IMG/VR virus record: IMGVR_UViG_3300011271_000009
Span: 2,076-66,075 of that record
Length of the DNA stretch: 64,000 nt
Direction: 5' to 3' (one strand)
Source: a virus
A model generated the notes under the pieces. It was not told where the DNA came from. It searched no databases and saw only the letters and a program-made list of their open reading frames with translations. The translations under genes and the position numbers were made by a program. Positions 10,490 to 20,260 of the stretch are shown in pieces; position 1 is the stretch's first letter; every line of letters begins with the position of its first letter.

Positions 10490-11375
10490 CTCTACACCTA
10501 TCATCGAATTCGACGCACAGCACATTCCTGAAGCCGTGCCCCGCATCCTGATCTTTGTGCTGACCACCTATGAACGTACGGGCTGGGTGCAGAAGGACCT
10601 GGCGCAGTTCCTCATTGGCCTGCGGGAGAACATGGCCTATGCAACCCAGATCATGTTCATCCACAACTCGATCCCTGCAGCCGGAGCCCGGAACTACATT
10701 GGGCGGCTCATGTGTAGCGCCAAGGGCACGCTGCCTGACTGGGTCTGCATGATCGATAACGACATGGCCCCGCCAGCCAACTTGCTGGACACGATCAAAG
10801 CGGCACCAGCAGACGCTGCCGTGGCCGTCCCTGCATTCCATCTGTGGGATGGAGACGAGCGGCGGACCAAGCTGTGCTGGGGCATGGATGACCGCCAGGT
10901 CGCGGCCATTCGGGGCTGTATAGACCCTGGCAAGTTCTATCCGTTGACCAAGTGCGGCACCGGCGTGATCTTCATCCGGCCCAAGTTGTTCCGGAAGGTG
11001 CCTGCGCCGTGGTTCTGGTACACCTACAACGAAGACATGCACATGACCTCGACCGAGGATATCAACTTCGCCCTCAAGGCGCGGGAGCATGGTCTCAAGC
11101 TCTACGGCAAGGGCGGCATCGTTGTGGGTCACCATCATACTGTCGATCTGGCGCTGGTCGATAAGATTCAGCAGCAGGTGCGGAAGGCCCAGCGTGAACT
11201 GGACGAGGCCCGCGCCGAAATCGCATACCTGAAGAAAGCAGCCCCCGCAGAATATTTGCGGCAGGGGCTTGACAATGGAAGTTTCGCAGGTTCAGACTTA
11301 GCACGATCACAGGACCCCTCTGAGAGTCCCTCCAGTTGTCCTGTACTGGCAGCAGCAGTGAGTCCCACCGAATAG
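10482..11375 (+). CDS. glycosyltransferase family 2-like protein
   Basis: AGARN, CMIDNDM (DxD), CGTGVIFI, STEDINF, VGHH. Confidence 0.72.
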   Translation: MSDSTPIIEFDAQHIPEAVPRILIFVLTTYERTGWVQKDLAQFLIGLRENMAYATQIMFIHNSIPAAGARNYIGRLMCSAKGTLPDWVCMIDNDMAPPANLLDTIKAAPADAAVAVPAFHLWDGDERRTKLCWGMDDRQVAAIRGCIDPGKFYPLTKCGTGVIFIRPKLFRKVPAPWFWYTYNEDMHMTSTEDINFALKAREHGLKLYGKGGIVVGHHHTVDLALVDKIQQQVRKAQRELDEARAEIAYLKKAAPAEYLRQGLDNGSFAGSDLARSQDPSESPSSCPVLAAAVSPTE

Positions 11376-11447
11376 CTGCCCAAGATGCTCCGCGTGTCCC
11401 GCAGGGGTAGTAGAACCAAACCAATACAGAGGGAAGGATGACACGAA

Positions 11448-13040
11448 ATGGCTTATACCCCAGCTAAATTACTTGGCTGGTAACTGAGCTGTATCCGTCA
11501 AAGGCTGTTAAACAGCAGAGACGGAGGAAAGACGCACTTGAGACAGAAATCGTTTGCTTACATGGCCGGGATTATCGACGGAGAAGGGCACATCACCATA
11601 ACTGGTGCGCGGCCCTGCAAGTACGTCCGGCCTGGGCGGCTGAACCCCGACAAGAGCTGGCGGTTTCAAATCAATATCGGCGTGACGTCCACCGACAAGC
11701 GGCTTATTGATTGGATTGTAGGCCACTTTGGTGGGACGTTTTACGCTGACAAGCGGCAGCAACAGAACTGGAAGCCTGCTTACCGTTGGAGGCTTCTGGG
11801 ACGAAATGCTCAGGAACAGTTCTTGCTAGGAGTTCTTCCGTATCTCGTTCTGAAACAGGAGCAGGCAAATCTGATGCTCCAGTTCATCAGGATGGGAGAT
11901 ATTGAAGACCAGGAAGCAAGACGGTTCTTCTATGAGCAGTTCATGGAGTTGAATCGCCGTGGCGTATCCCCAGAGACTAATACGCTCAGCGCACCTGACG
12001 GTGCGAAGATAGAGTCCGTACTCATGGGCGACCATGAGAGTGTAATCACAGTGATGTGACTTACCTAAACGCGATAGGGTAACACTACAGTAACGCCGGG
12101 CCTAAACCACTTTGCGACGGTGTGGTACAACCGCCGAGCGCTGGACCAGTTGAAGCGGCGCTTCCGGTTCTACAACGCCACCGAGCCCGATATGATTCCT
12201 CGGCGCTCCGGCAAAACGGTTCAGTGGTTCCGGTACACGCTGCTTGGTGCCAACACCACACCAGCAGCTGAGGGCGCGGTTGGCAACTCCAACACGCTTG
12301 CTACCACGACCGTATCCGGCACAGTCGCCGAATACGCAGATTTCATCACCGTCTCCACCCTGGCCGACGAGACCGCAATCGATCCGATTGTTCAGAATGC
12401 TGCGGAACAGCTGGGCTATGCGGCTGGCCTGTCGGTAGACACCATCATCAAGGCTGAGTTTGATACCAACTCCACGGCTGTGCTGACACCGGGCACACTG
12501 GGCACCTATGCCACAGTGGACGACCTGCGGCGCTGCAAGGCGCTGCTGGAAGGCATCGACGTCCGCCCCAAGGATGAGAAGTTCTACTATGCCGTGGTCC
12601 ACCCGTACATCATCTACGACATCAAGTCGGATTCCACCGCTGGCGGCTTTATCGACCTGATGAAGTGGGCGAACCCGAAGGAGTTCATCGAAACCAACAA
12701 CCCGTTCGATGAGCCCGTGGGCATGGTGGAGAACATCAAAATTTGGGCGACCACCAATGTCACCACCAGTGGCACTGCTCCCAACGTCCTGTACTCGACC
12801 TATGTAGTTGGGCGTGGGGCTGTAGGCGCGGTTGATCTGCAGGGTTCTGGGCCTTCCAAAGTAGAGGACCCGTCCAAGCAGCAGTTCCGCATCAACGTGA
12901 TTCGCGGTGGACCGCAGATCGCCGACCCGGCTGGCATGATCGGCGCGGCGGTCAGCTACCGTTATGTCTTCCTGGCGAAGACGCTGGATTCCACCAACCT
13001 GCGTTACCGGATTTTCAAGCCGGACGCGAGCTTGGTCTAA
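11448..13040 (+). CDS. major capsid protein, spliced: join(11448..11465,12078..13040), 326 aa
   Basis: ATG after GGAAGG RBS gives MAYTPA; the frame resumes as GNTTVTPGLNHFATVWYNRRALDQLK...IPRRSGKTVQWFRY; N4-gp56-like MCP motifs. Confidence 0.88.
11466..12077 (+). mobile_element. group I intron in major capsid gene
   Basis: exon ends in U and intron ends in G; P1 CCAGCU/GGCUGG, P10 UUACU/GGUAA, P3 GAGCUGUAU/AUACGCUC, P4 CCGUC/GACGG, P7 GAGACU...AGAGUCC, P9 CUCAUGG-GCGA-CCAUGAG. Confidence 0.9.
11538..12059 (+). CDS. intron-encoded LAGLIDADG homing endonuclease
   Basis: AYMAGIIDGEGHI; LLGVLPYLVLKQEQA; ORF runs through the intron 3' core. Confidence 0.9.
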   Translation: MRQKSFAYMAGIIDGEGHITITGARPCKYVRPGRLNPDKSWRFQINIGVTSTDKRLIDWIVGHFGGTFYADKRQQQNWKPAYRWRLLGRNAQEQFLLGVLPYLVLKQEQANLMLQFIRMGDIEDQEARRFFYEQFMELNRRGVSPETNTLSAPDGAKIESVLMGDHESVITVM

Positions 13041-13052
13041 GGAGAGCACACC

Positions 13053-13643
13053 ATGCCTAATGCAAACACAATTCAGCGCCTGGTAGGCGCTCCCAGCCCG
13101 GCACAGGGGGCCAATGCTATCCCTTCGTATTCGCCCACGGGGACCAGCGCTACCGTGATTACCAACCAGGTCAGCAGCACGACCGCTGCGGTGCTTACGC
13201 TGGCGGGAGCTGGCCAGATATCCAGCGCCACCACGGCCCCCAGCTATGGGATCAACTTTGACGGCCTGCCGTTTAAGCTGCGGCTGGTCGGCAAGGTAAC
13301 TACCAAGGCTGCCTGCAACGTCACGGTCGGCATCATGCAGGGGAACACCACGACCTACACGTCCGGCAACTTGATTGCGACCACATCGGCGCGTTCTGTG
13401 GGCACCACGTCGGCGACGTTCTTCCTGGAAGCCATCTGCATGTGGGACAACGTGAAGCAGACCATCACCGGTCTGCAGTATGGGTTCATCAACAACGTGG
13501 CCGATCCGACCATTGCGATCATCAGCAATGCGGTTTCGGTTACCGCTCAGTCCTCGCTGTTTTTCGTGCCTGTCCTCACCTTTTCGGACACCACGACCGG
13601 GACCACAGCGGTTATCACTGAATTCGTAGCGGAGACCCTCTAA
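13053..13643 (+). CDS. putative virion structural/decoration protein
   Basis: Thr/Ala/Ser-rich beta protein directly after MCP with strong RBS. Confidence 0.65.
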   Translation: MPNANTIQRLVGAPSPAQGANAIPSYSPTGTSATVITNQVSSTTAAVLTLAGAGQISSATTAPSYGINFDGLPFKLRLVGKVTTKAACNVTVGIMQGNTTTYTSGNLIATTSARSVGTTSATFFLEAICMWDNVKQTITGLQYGFINNVADPTIAIISNAVSVTAQSSLFFVPVLTFSDTTTGTTAVITEFVAETL

Positions 13644-13644
13644 T

Positions 13645-14127
13645 ATGCCGCAGTTTGGAATGCTCGTTAACCCGCAGACTTTGCTGGCCCTGGCCACGCA
13701 GACGACCACTGGCACCAGCGCTAACCTGACCATCATGGCCCCGGCAGCCGCCTACCGCTTCTTCGTCAAGCTGAAGACGGTCAGCGGCACCACGCCTACG
13801 CTGGATGTTTTCCTGTCCACCAGCTATGACGCCACCGCAGCGGCAGGCACCGACTACGTAAACTTTCTGCACTTCGCCCAGATGACCACTTCGGGGCTTG
13901 GGCGGCAGATGTCATTCCGGCCCTATCTGAGTTCGGGCGACGTGGCTATTGAATCCCAGGCAGCATTCTTTGCCACCGCTGACGGGGCAACCGGCGCAAC
14001 CGCGATTGCAGTCAACGGCCCCATCAACAACAGCGCTATTAAAGTGCGCTGGGTGCTTTCCGGCACCTCGCCGAGCTTTGCATTTGAAATCGGTGTGATC
14101 TCGGTCGCACAGGACTTGTCAGACTAA
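13645..14127 (+). CDS. putative virion structural protein (paralog of 1755..2255)
   Basis: SGTTPTLDV and SGTSPSFAF motifs. Confidence 0.65.
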   Translation: MPQFGMLVNPQTLLALATQTTTGTSANLTIMAPAAAYRFFVKLKTVSGTTPTLDVFLSTSYDATAAAGTDYVNFLHFAQMTTSGLGRQMSFRPYLSSGDVAIESQAAFFATADGATGATAIAVNGPINNSAIKVRWVLSGTSPSFAFEIGVISVAQDLSD

Positions 14128-14149
14128 GCTCCTAACCTTTTGCAGCACT

Positions 14150-14170
14150 GGGCGGGATCGAGTCCCGCCC
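14150..14170 (+). terminator. GC-rich hairpin after capsid cluster, possible terminator
   Basis: GGGCGGGA-TCGAG-TCCCGCCC followed by TTGCTATTT; weak U tract. Confidence 0.4.
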
Positions 14171-14184
14171 TTGCTATTTCAGCC

Positions 14185-14787
14185 ATGCTCGGACTCGACA
14201 CAGAGAAGCAACAGAATTGGCAGCGGCAGACGGCCAGGGAAGGCGCTGAGGAAGCGCGCCAGAAGGCCCTGATCCACGATCTGCAGTCGAACACGGTGAC
14301 CGTGGCCCCGGACAATGGCCGCGATGTATCCGACCTGATGGCCCAGATCGGGCGTCCTCTGACCGCACAGCAGGTCATCGAGCGGCTGAAGAAATGCAAC
14401 TCACGGCTGGTCTTCCTTCCTGCTAGGGGCTATCCGCTGTACGGCATCTACCTGCTCGATCCCACGGGGCGGGTGCATGTGACCCCTGAGGGCCAGGTCA
14501 TGACCATCCGGCATATCTGCGGTATGGAGTCAGGGATCATGCCTGAGTTCTCTGTGTTGCATAAGACAAAGGCGCGAGTGCCAGACCAGGAATTATTCAG
14601 CCGGGCTAAGCCCAGTAGGGAGGTCGCCTGGAAGGAAGTCGAGACCTTCGGCAGCGAGACCCGTGGCTGGCGCACTGTGCTAGTACGGCTGCTGCACGCT
14701 GGGCTGATTACCCGCCTGCAGGTCGAGCAGTACTTCGGCTGGCAGCCCTCATACGATTCCCAGAAGTGGAAGACACAAACCCAATAG
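14185..14787 (+). CDS. hypothetical protein
   Basis: long ORF, ATG after the hairpin. Confidence 0.65.
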   Translation: MLGLDTEKQQNWQRQTAREGAEEARQKALIHDLQSNTVTVAPDNGRDVSDLMAQIGRPLTAQQVIERLKKCNSRLVFLPARGYPLYGIYLLDPTGRVHVTPEGQVMTIRHICGMESGIMPEFSVLHKTKARVPDQELFSRAKPSREVAWKEVETFGSETRGWRTVLVRLLHAGLITRLQVEQYFGWQPSYDSQKWKTQTQ

Positions 14788-14796
14788 GAGGCTTAT

Positions 14797-15273
14797 ATGA
14801 GCCAGATGCAGACAGTCAATCTCACATTCGAGCAGCTGCAGGAGCTGATGTCCAAAGTCGTTGCAGCGGCTGTCTCGGAGAGCAAGAAGCTCAATCCCAT
14901 CGAGGAGCGCAAGCTGAAAGAGCAGCTGGAGGCAGACCGGCGCAGGGCGCTGCTGGCCATCCAGTTGGCCAAGGACGAGAGCAGCGCTATGCAGCGCAAG
15001 AAGATGGGCTGCTCCCACATGGCAGATATCAAGAGCGGACAGCCCGTGCCCAAGGGATCGTTCGGAGGTAACTGGACGACCGGGGGGCAGGTCCACTCCA
15101 ACGGCACTATCACACTAGTCTGCCTTCGCTGCAACTGGGAGTGGCGCTTCAAGGCTACCGATGCGGAGAAGCAGTATGCGCAGGACGCCGAGCATGGACT
15201 GCTCTACTTTCCGCCTCCGGGTGACGAGCGTCTACTGAAGGACGAAGAGCAGCCCGCAATAGTAGCTGCCTAG
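14797..15273 (+). CDS. hypothetical protein with coiled coil and CxH...CxxC motif
   Basis: GGAGG RBS; GCSH and CLRC. Confidence 0.7.
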   Translation: MSQMQTVNLTFEQLQELMSKVVAAAVSESKKLNPIEERKLKEQLEADRRRALLAIQLAKDESSAMQRKKMGCSHMADIKSGQPVPKGSFGGNWTTGGQVHSNGTITLVCLRCNWEWRFKATDAEKQYAQDAEHGLLYFPPPGDERLLKDEEQPAIVAA

Positions 15274-15283
15274 AACTTACAGG

Positions 15284-15363
15284 TTTGCCCCAGGAGCCTT
15301 AGCAGACCCTGACCCTCGCGGGGAAAAGCCTCCTATAGCTCCTGCAAGGCCTCCTGGGGCAAA
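15284..15363 (+). repeat. long intergenic stem-loop
   Basis: TTTGCCCCAGGAG-CCTT-AGCAG pairs with CTGC-AAGG-CCTCCTGGGGCAAA. Confidence 0.6.
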
Positions 15364-15376
15364 GTAACGCATTTAA

Positions 15377-15562
15377 ATGTGTACGTACAGCACGTTTAGC
15401 CTACCGCCAGAGTTGCTGGGCAGGGTCGAGCAGGAAGCCTTCCTCGATCACTTGGATGAAGCTATCGCTGGCGCACCGACACCAGCCGCAAAGCTTGTGC
15501 TGATCCGGGCCAAGCAGAAGATCAACAGCCTACTCAACCAGACCAGAGGCCACTCGAACTAA
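15377..15562 (+). CDS. small hypothetical protein
   Basis: ORF tiles between the hairpin and the adaptor gene. Confidence 0.55.
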   Translation: MCTYSTFSLPPELLGRVEQEAFLDHLDEAIAGAPTPAAKLVLIRAKQKINSLLNQTRGHSN

Positions 15563-15565
15563 GCC

Positions 15566-16315
15566 ATGGCACAAGCCAGTCCGACCTACACACCGCAGGA
15601 CGCGCTGAGCCTGAACCAGAACCTGATCCACGGGTCGCCGACTGCTGCGATCCAGGCGATGGCCTGCGATATCGCCAATTCGATGATCTGGACCTTCTAC
15701 CCGTGGTCATGGACGCTGAAGTCGCTGACGGCCATCGCCCTTGTGGACGGAACCCAGGACTACACGCCCACGGACACAGATATCCTGCGGCCCATCCGCA
15801 TCCAGCTGGTGCGCACCGATACCACGCCAGCGGAGACCCGCGAGCTGGGCTTCCTGGCGAACCTGTCTCCTGAGCTGAGCCGCAAGGGCGGGCTGGAGTC
15901 GAACACTAACGCAGGCTGGTATGCTGCCAATAACTTCATCCGCCTCATGTACGCAGCCAGCATCGGCACCGGGCAGACGCTGCAGCTGCAGGGTATCTAC
16001 CAGAAGGTGCCCAGCAGAATCCGGGATGGCGACCTGAAGACCACCCTCGCCGCTCCCGACCGCTACTTCAACGTGTTTGCTGAGGGCGTGCTGTGGCAGC
16101 TGTACCGGCTCACAGATGATCCCAGGGCAGGGGGCACGCAGTACCGCAAGAATGGTGGTATGGACCGTGTCTACACCGGGCAGCTGGCCGTCTTCATGGA
16201 CTTCCTGCTGGGTATGGCGCGCACCGAAGACTTGGCCACCGGCGATCAGTTCATGTGGCCGGAAAGTCCCCTCGGTGTTGGGCGTTCGTACTGGCCAGGT
16301 TTGTATGGGCTGTAG
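15566..16315 (+). CDS. putative head-tail adaptor/connector protein
   Basis: WTFYPWSW, LVDGTQDYT and position after capsid genes. Confidence 0.6.
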   Translation: MAQASPTYTPQDALSLNQNLIHGSPTAAIQAMACDIANSMIWTFYPWSWTLKSLTAIALVDGTQDYTPTDTDILRPIRIQLVRTDTTPAETRELGFLANLSPELSRKGGLESNTNAGWYAANNFIRLMYAASIGTGQTLQLQGIYQKVPSRIRDGDLKTTLAAPDRYFNVFAEGVLWQLYRLTDDPRAGGTQYRKNGGMDRVYTGQLAVFMDFLLGMARTEDLATGDQFMWPESPLGVGRSYWPGLYGL

Positions 16316-16333
16316 ACCAAGAGGAGAGCATAC

Positions 16334-17710
16334 ATGGCAGGCGCAGTAACAGTCAGCGGAAATACACAGGATCAGACCGGCGCGAATGTCCAAGGCTACG
16401 CTGTCTTCACGCTGCTTAATTTCAGCGCGGGCACGCTGCCGCGTGTGCTGGGCACAACTACGATTGTGGAGCGCATCCATCGCTTCCAAGCCAACGCATC
16501 CGGTGTGATATCGGGCACCTTGTTCGGCAACGATCAGATCGACCCGGCTGGGACGGTCTACCTCGTATCGATCTTGGATGCCAGTGGCAACGAGATATCC
16601 GAGGCACTGTTCAACATCACGGGCTCGACCTTCAACATCAACTCAGCTACGCCGATCACCGTGTCTCCCGTGGTCACGCCGCCCATCGGCGATACCACGT
16701 ATCAGCGGCTGGACGGCGGGAACAACGCCACAGGCAGTTATGTCCCGGCTACGAACAACGCGAGTGATCTTGGGTCAGCAAGTTCAGGGTGGCGGACGGG
16801 ATATTTCAGTACGTCAGTTCTCTCCAGGACGAACAACACGGCAGACCTCGGGACCGCGGCGATTGGTTGGAGAACTGGCTACTTCGCTACTTCAGCCATA
16901 AGTGCGGCCTTCGTTTCCAAGACAGTGAACCCTGCTGCCCTTGGAGCCGTGCGCTTGGCGAATGGCGACTTTTTAAATTTCCGCAATTCCGGCAACAGCG
17001 CTGATCTGAATATCCTCAGCATGAACGGAAACACCACCGTCTTAGGTGACGTTTCGGGCGGAGGCGGCATTCAAGCCAATGGACTGTTCCTGCAAGATAT
17101 AGGTAACGCCGGAACGGCTGCTGGGTCGGGTTGGCTGCGCCTGCAAAATTCTGACAAGGTAAAATCCCGCAACAATGCCAACAGCGCTGATATCAACATC
17201 ATTGGGACGACAGCCAGCGACATCGTAGATGTGGGCGACACGTCCGGTATCGGGCTCGCGGGCGTGATCCAAAATCAAGCGCATACCGTGACCATGGGCA
17301 TCACCCAGAAGAAAGGCTCCGGCGCTGGTAACTATACCTCAGCTTCTGCCACCTACGTGCGGGTGGATAGTACCAACCTGAAGTTCACTACCGTGATCCC
17401 CACGGGATGGAAATTGTCCGCAAACTGCAGCGGAGCTATCAGCAGCCTGACGGCGGCGGTTAATGTCCTATTCGCATTGGCGGATGGCACTGCTGACAAC
17501 ACGGGAATCATCTCAGCAAGTATTGCCACCCCGGCACTTGCTGGGGGCTGGGCCTCGTTTTCGATCAATACCGTGGTAACTGGAGATGGAGCGTCACACA
17601 CCATTAATCTGCAGTACGCCACAACCAATGCCCTTGATTCGGTGACCATACAAAACACCGATACGATTAACACCGTAGTTATGGCCTTCACACTGATGCC
17701 CTCGAACTAA
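16334..17710 (+). CDS. tail fiber/spike-like protein
   Basis: Ser/Thr/Asn/Gly-rich; tandem repeats NNxxDLGxxxxGWRTGYF and RNxxNSADxNI. Confidence 0.7.
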   Translation: MAGAVTVSGNTQDQTGANVQGYAVFTLLNFSAGTLPRVLGTTTIVERIHRFQANASGVISGTLFGNDQIDPAGTVYLVSILDASGNEISEALFNITGSTFNINSATPITVSPVVTPPIGDTTYQRLDGGNNATGSYVPATNNASDLGSASSGWRTGYFSTSVLSRTNNTADLGTAAIGWRTGYFATSAISAAFVSKTVNPAALGAVRLANGDFLNFRNSGNSADLNILSMNGNTTVLGDVSGGGGIQANGLFLQDIGNAGTAAGSGWLRLQNSDKVKSRNNANSADINIIGTTASDIVDVGDTSGIGLAGVIQNQAHTVTMGITQKKGSGAGNYTSASATYVRVDSTNLKFTTVIPTGWKLSANCSGAISSLTAAVNVLFALADGTADNTGIISASIATPALAGGWASFSINTVVTGDGASHTINLQYATTNALDSVTIQNTDTINTVVMAFTLMPSN

Positions 17711-17996
17711 ACATGCGTGGTTTGTAGGTGCTGAGCCGCCCATGATAGGCAGCATCCCGGAGCAGGGACTTCGGAGCGCACGTGCTGCAGAGTGCCCTCT
17801 TGGGCCGATCACATATCCGGCTGCATCTGACGCAGCGCCCATCTATTTTGAGCGTCTTATACCGGGCTTCTCTGTATGCCTTGCGGCAGTCTTTGCATTC
17901 ATAGCTCAGGCCATCGGCTGTGCCGCTGTTCTTGTTGAACATGCACTTAGGGCCGGAATTGGCAAGGTGACGGGTGCAGCGGCAGCAAATCTTCAT
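17688..17996 (-). CDS. Cys-rich zinc-finger protein, antisense to tail module
   Basis: MKICCRC...DGLSYECKDC...GRCVRCS...CSTC; lower GC. Confidence 0.55.
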   Translation of the reverse strand: MKICCRCTRHLANSGPKCMFNKNSGTADGLSYECKDCRKAYREARYKTLKIDGRCVRCSRICDRPKRALCSTCAPKSLLRDAAYHGRLSTYKPRMFSSRASV

Positions 17997-18051
17997 GTGG
18001 ATTAAACCAGCTGGGCAGCAATTGTAGCACTGAAAGGCGTTCCGAAAAACC

Positions 18052-18360
18052 ATGAACTTCTTAGCACCCTTCGGATGGGCGGGCTTCGTAGTCCTGGCCC
18101 TGATTCTGCTTCTACGCGAGCTGTCGCCTATCTTGACGCGCCGTAACGGCAACGGCAAGAACGGCCTGCGCATGGCAGGCCAGATGCCGAAGGAGTACTG
18201 GCAGCTGGAAATGCGCGAGGCATTCGCCGAGGGTATGAAGGCCACCAATGAGCTGCTCGCCCGGATGGTCTGCGTACAGGAGGAGATGCGCGATCTCCAT
18301 CGCGAGTACATCCCCGAACTCAAGGCGCTGAAGGAAGAAGTCAGCCGTCACAAGCCATGA
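18052..18360 (+). CDS. membrane protein, possible holin-like
   Basis: N-terminal TM FGWAGFVVLALILLL with helical C-terminus. Confidence 0.45.
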   Translation: MNFLAPFGWAGFVVLALILLLRELSPILTRRNGNGKNGLRMAGQMPKEYWQLEMREAFAEGMKATNELLARMVCVQEEMRDLHREYIPELKALKEEVSRHKP

Positions 18361-18376
18361 CAGCCAGCTTAATTTT

Positions 18377-20260
18377 ATGCCTGACCCAAAGCAGTTAGCG
18401 CACCGCCACATCAGCGCGACTAATCTGCCCTACATCTCGAACCTGAACCCGACGCAAACCGATCCCTGCTACGTGGCGGGATCGCAGGACGTGCTGACCA
18501 CCATCGCGGGCTACGCGGAGCGGCGGCTGGGCTTTGCCGATAACGTCGAGGTGACGCCTACGACGTTCGTCAACGCCAAGCGCATCTTCTCGTGGGACCG
18601 CACCGATGGCACCTTCATCCAGATGGCGTGTGATATCAACGGGTCCAGCCAGGCGGTCGTCTACAAGCGGGTCATCGGCACCGATAACAGCTTCGTCTCC
18701 ATCTTCACGGACACAGGCAGCTCCACAGCATTCGACTTCGTAGTCTCGAACAACACCATCTACTTCAGCAATGGCAGCACAGCCCGCAAGTGGGACCCGA
18801 CCAATGGGCTGTCGAATTGGGGGATTACAGCTCCAGCTGCGGCACCTGTGGTGGCCACGGTGGCAGGAACCCTGGTGGCCAACATCGGTTATCAGTATGT
18901 GGTCTGCTATCACAATTCCGCCTCTGGGCATGTGAGTTCGCCCAGCCCCAAGTCGGCTGTGATCGTGCCCGCAACCCAAGGCGTGCAGGTAACCCTTGTG
19001 GCCGCGGCTGACGCGCAGGTCACGGGCATCAAAGTCTTCCGTACCACCGATAGCGTAGCCACGGGAACTAACGGCGCCACGTTCTTGGAGATCACCAGCT
19101 CGCCCTTCACCAACACCAACCAGAACATCACGGACAACACCGCAGACACAGCGCTCAACATCTCCTCGATTGCGCCCACGCCGACGTTCAACGATCCACC
19201 CCCGGCGATGCAGGCGCTGGTGTACTTCTCCGGCAGAGTCTGGGGCTTCAGCGGGAGCAAGGTTTTCTTCTCCGGGCTGGAGGAGATCATCACCGGCACC
19301 CCAGAAGAGGCGTTTCCTTCCGGTACGGCGGGGAACTTCTGGCGGTTCGATCAGCCGGTGCAGGCCCTGGCCGTTGCTGGGGATGTGCCCAACCAGACCT
19401 TGGTGATTTTCTGCGGAGGCAGAATCTACGGCATCACTGGTAACACGCTGGACACCTTCCGCCGCTTCCTGCTGACCAAGCGCAGGGGCTGCAGGGCCGT
19501 CACCTGTATCAGCGAGCTGGGCGGCATGGTGGCCTGGCTGGACTCTTCCAATACCATCTGGGGGACCGATGGCGGCTCACTCAAGGACCTCTCCACTGAT
19601 ATCCGGCCTGATCTGGCCAGCGTCACGCCCGCCAACTGCAGCATGACCTTCCACGTTGCGGGCAGGTTTCACTGGCTGGTTTTCTCCACCGGCGCGAAGC
19701 TCTTCGTCTATGACATGGATACCGAGCAGTGGATGCCGCCCTGGACCTTTGTTTGCCAATACGTCTACAGCGGCGAGGTATCGGCTGGAGCCTACAAGCT
19801 GATGGCTATGACAGCGACCAAAGCACTGCAGCTTTCCGCCACAGCCCACAACGATAACGGAGCCAGCTATACGCTCATTGCCCAGACCAACTTATTCAGC
19901 GTAGTCCCGGACTTCGGGCGCAGGTTCTCGACTGTGGGAGTCGGCTCCTACGATGAGCCCACACGCACGGGAACACCCTATTTCTTCCAGGTGGATAGCA
20001 ACAGCGTTACGCTACAGGACGTTGGCTTCGCGGCGGATGAGGACCCCACGCTAGCCACAACCATCTACACTTCGATCTTTGCTCAGCGCACCGGCCCTGA
20101 GACCGCCTTCAACCGCAGCAATGGAATCAATCTAGTGCAGAGCATCTTTGCCATGACCCGGCCCAACGCACGCTGGATCAGCTTCCAGATCAAGGGACAG
20201 GCTGCAGATGACGCGCTGAAAATCTATGGATTCTTCCTCGCCTACCGACAATTCCGCTAA
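18377..20260 (+). CDS. tail stabilisation / tubular protein B-like beta-propeller
   Basis: 627 aa, YFSNG and GRVWGF beta-repeat motifs; podovirus tail position. Confidence 0.7.
   Translation: MPDPKQLAHRHISATNLPYISNLNPTQTDPCYVAGSQDVLTTIAGYAERRLGFADNVEVTPTTFVNAKRIFSWDRTDGTFIQMACDINGSSQAVVYKRVIGTDNSFVSIFTDTGSSTAFDFVVSNNTIYFSNGSTARKWDPTNGLSNWGITAPAAAPVVATVAGTLVANIGYQYVVCYHNSASGHVSSPSPKSAVIVPATQGVQVTLVAAADAQVTGIKVFRTTDSVATGTNGATFLEITSSPFTNTNQNITDNTADTALNISSIAPTPTFNDPPPAMQALVYFSGRVWGFSGSKVFFSGLEEIITGTPEEAFPSGTAGNFWRFDQPVQALAVAGDVPNQTLVIFCGGRIYGITGNTLDTFRRFLLTKRRGCRAVTCISELGGMVAWLDSSNTIWGTDGGSLKDLSTDIRPDLASVTPANCSMTFHVAGRFHWLVFSTGAKLFVYDMDTEQWMPPWTFVCQYVYSGEVSAGAYKLMAMTATKALQLSATAHNDNGASYTLIAQTNLFSVVPDFGRRFSTVGVGSYDEPTRTGTPYFFQVDSNSVTLQDVGFAADEDPTLATTIYTSIFAQRTGPETAFNRSNGINLVQSIFAMTRPNARWISFQIKGQAADDALKIYGFFLAYRQFR

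Noticed and set aside
12120-13040. MCP starting at GTG 12120 as in the ORF track
   Set aside because: No RBS there; the frame stays open back to the intron 3' splice site and an RBS-led exon 1 exists at 11448
12102-13736. 544-aa minus-strand ORF
   Set aside because: Antisense shadow of MCP and the next gene, caused by high-GC codon bias; many other listed antisense ORFs were rejected for the same reason
16740-17210. DGR template/variable repeat pair in the tail fiber
   Set aside because: The repeats are in-frame protein-level tandem motifs, and no reverse transcriptase is present in the window
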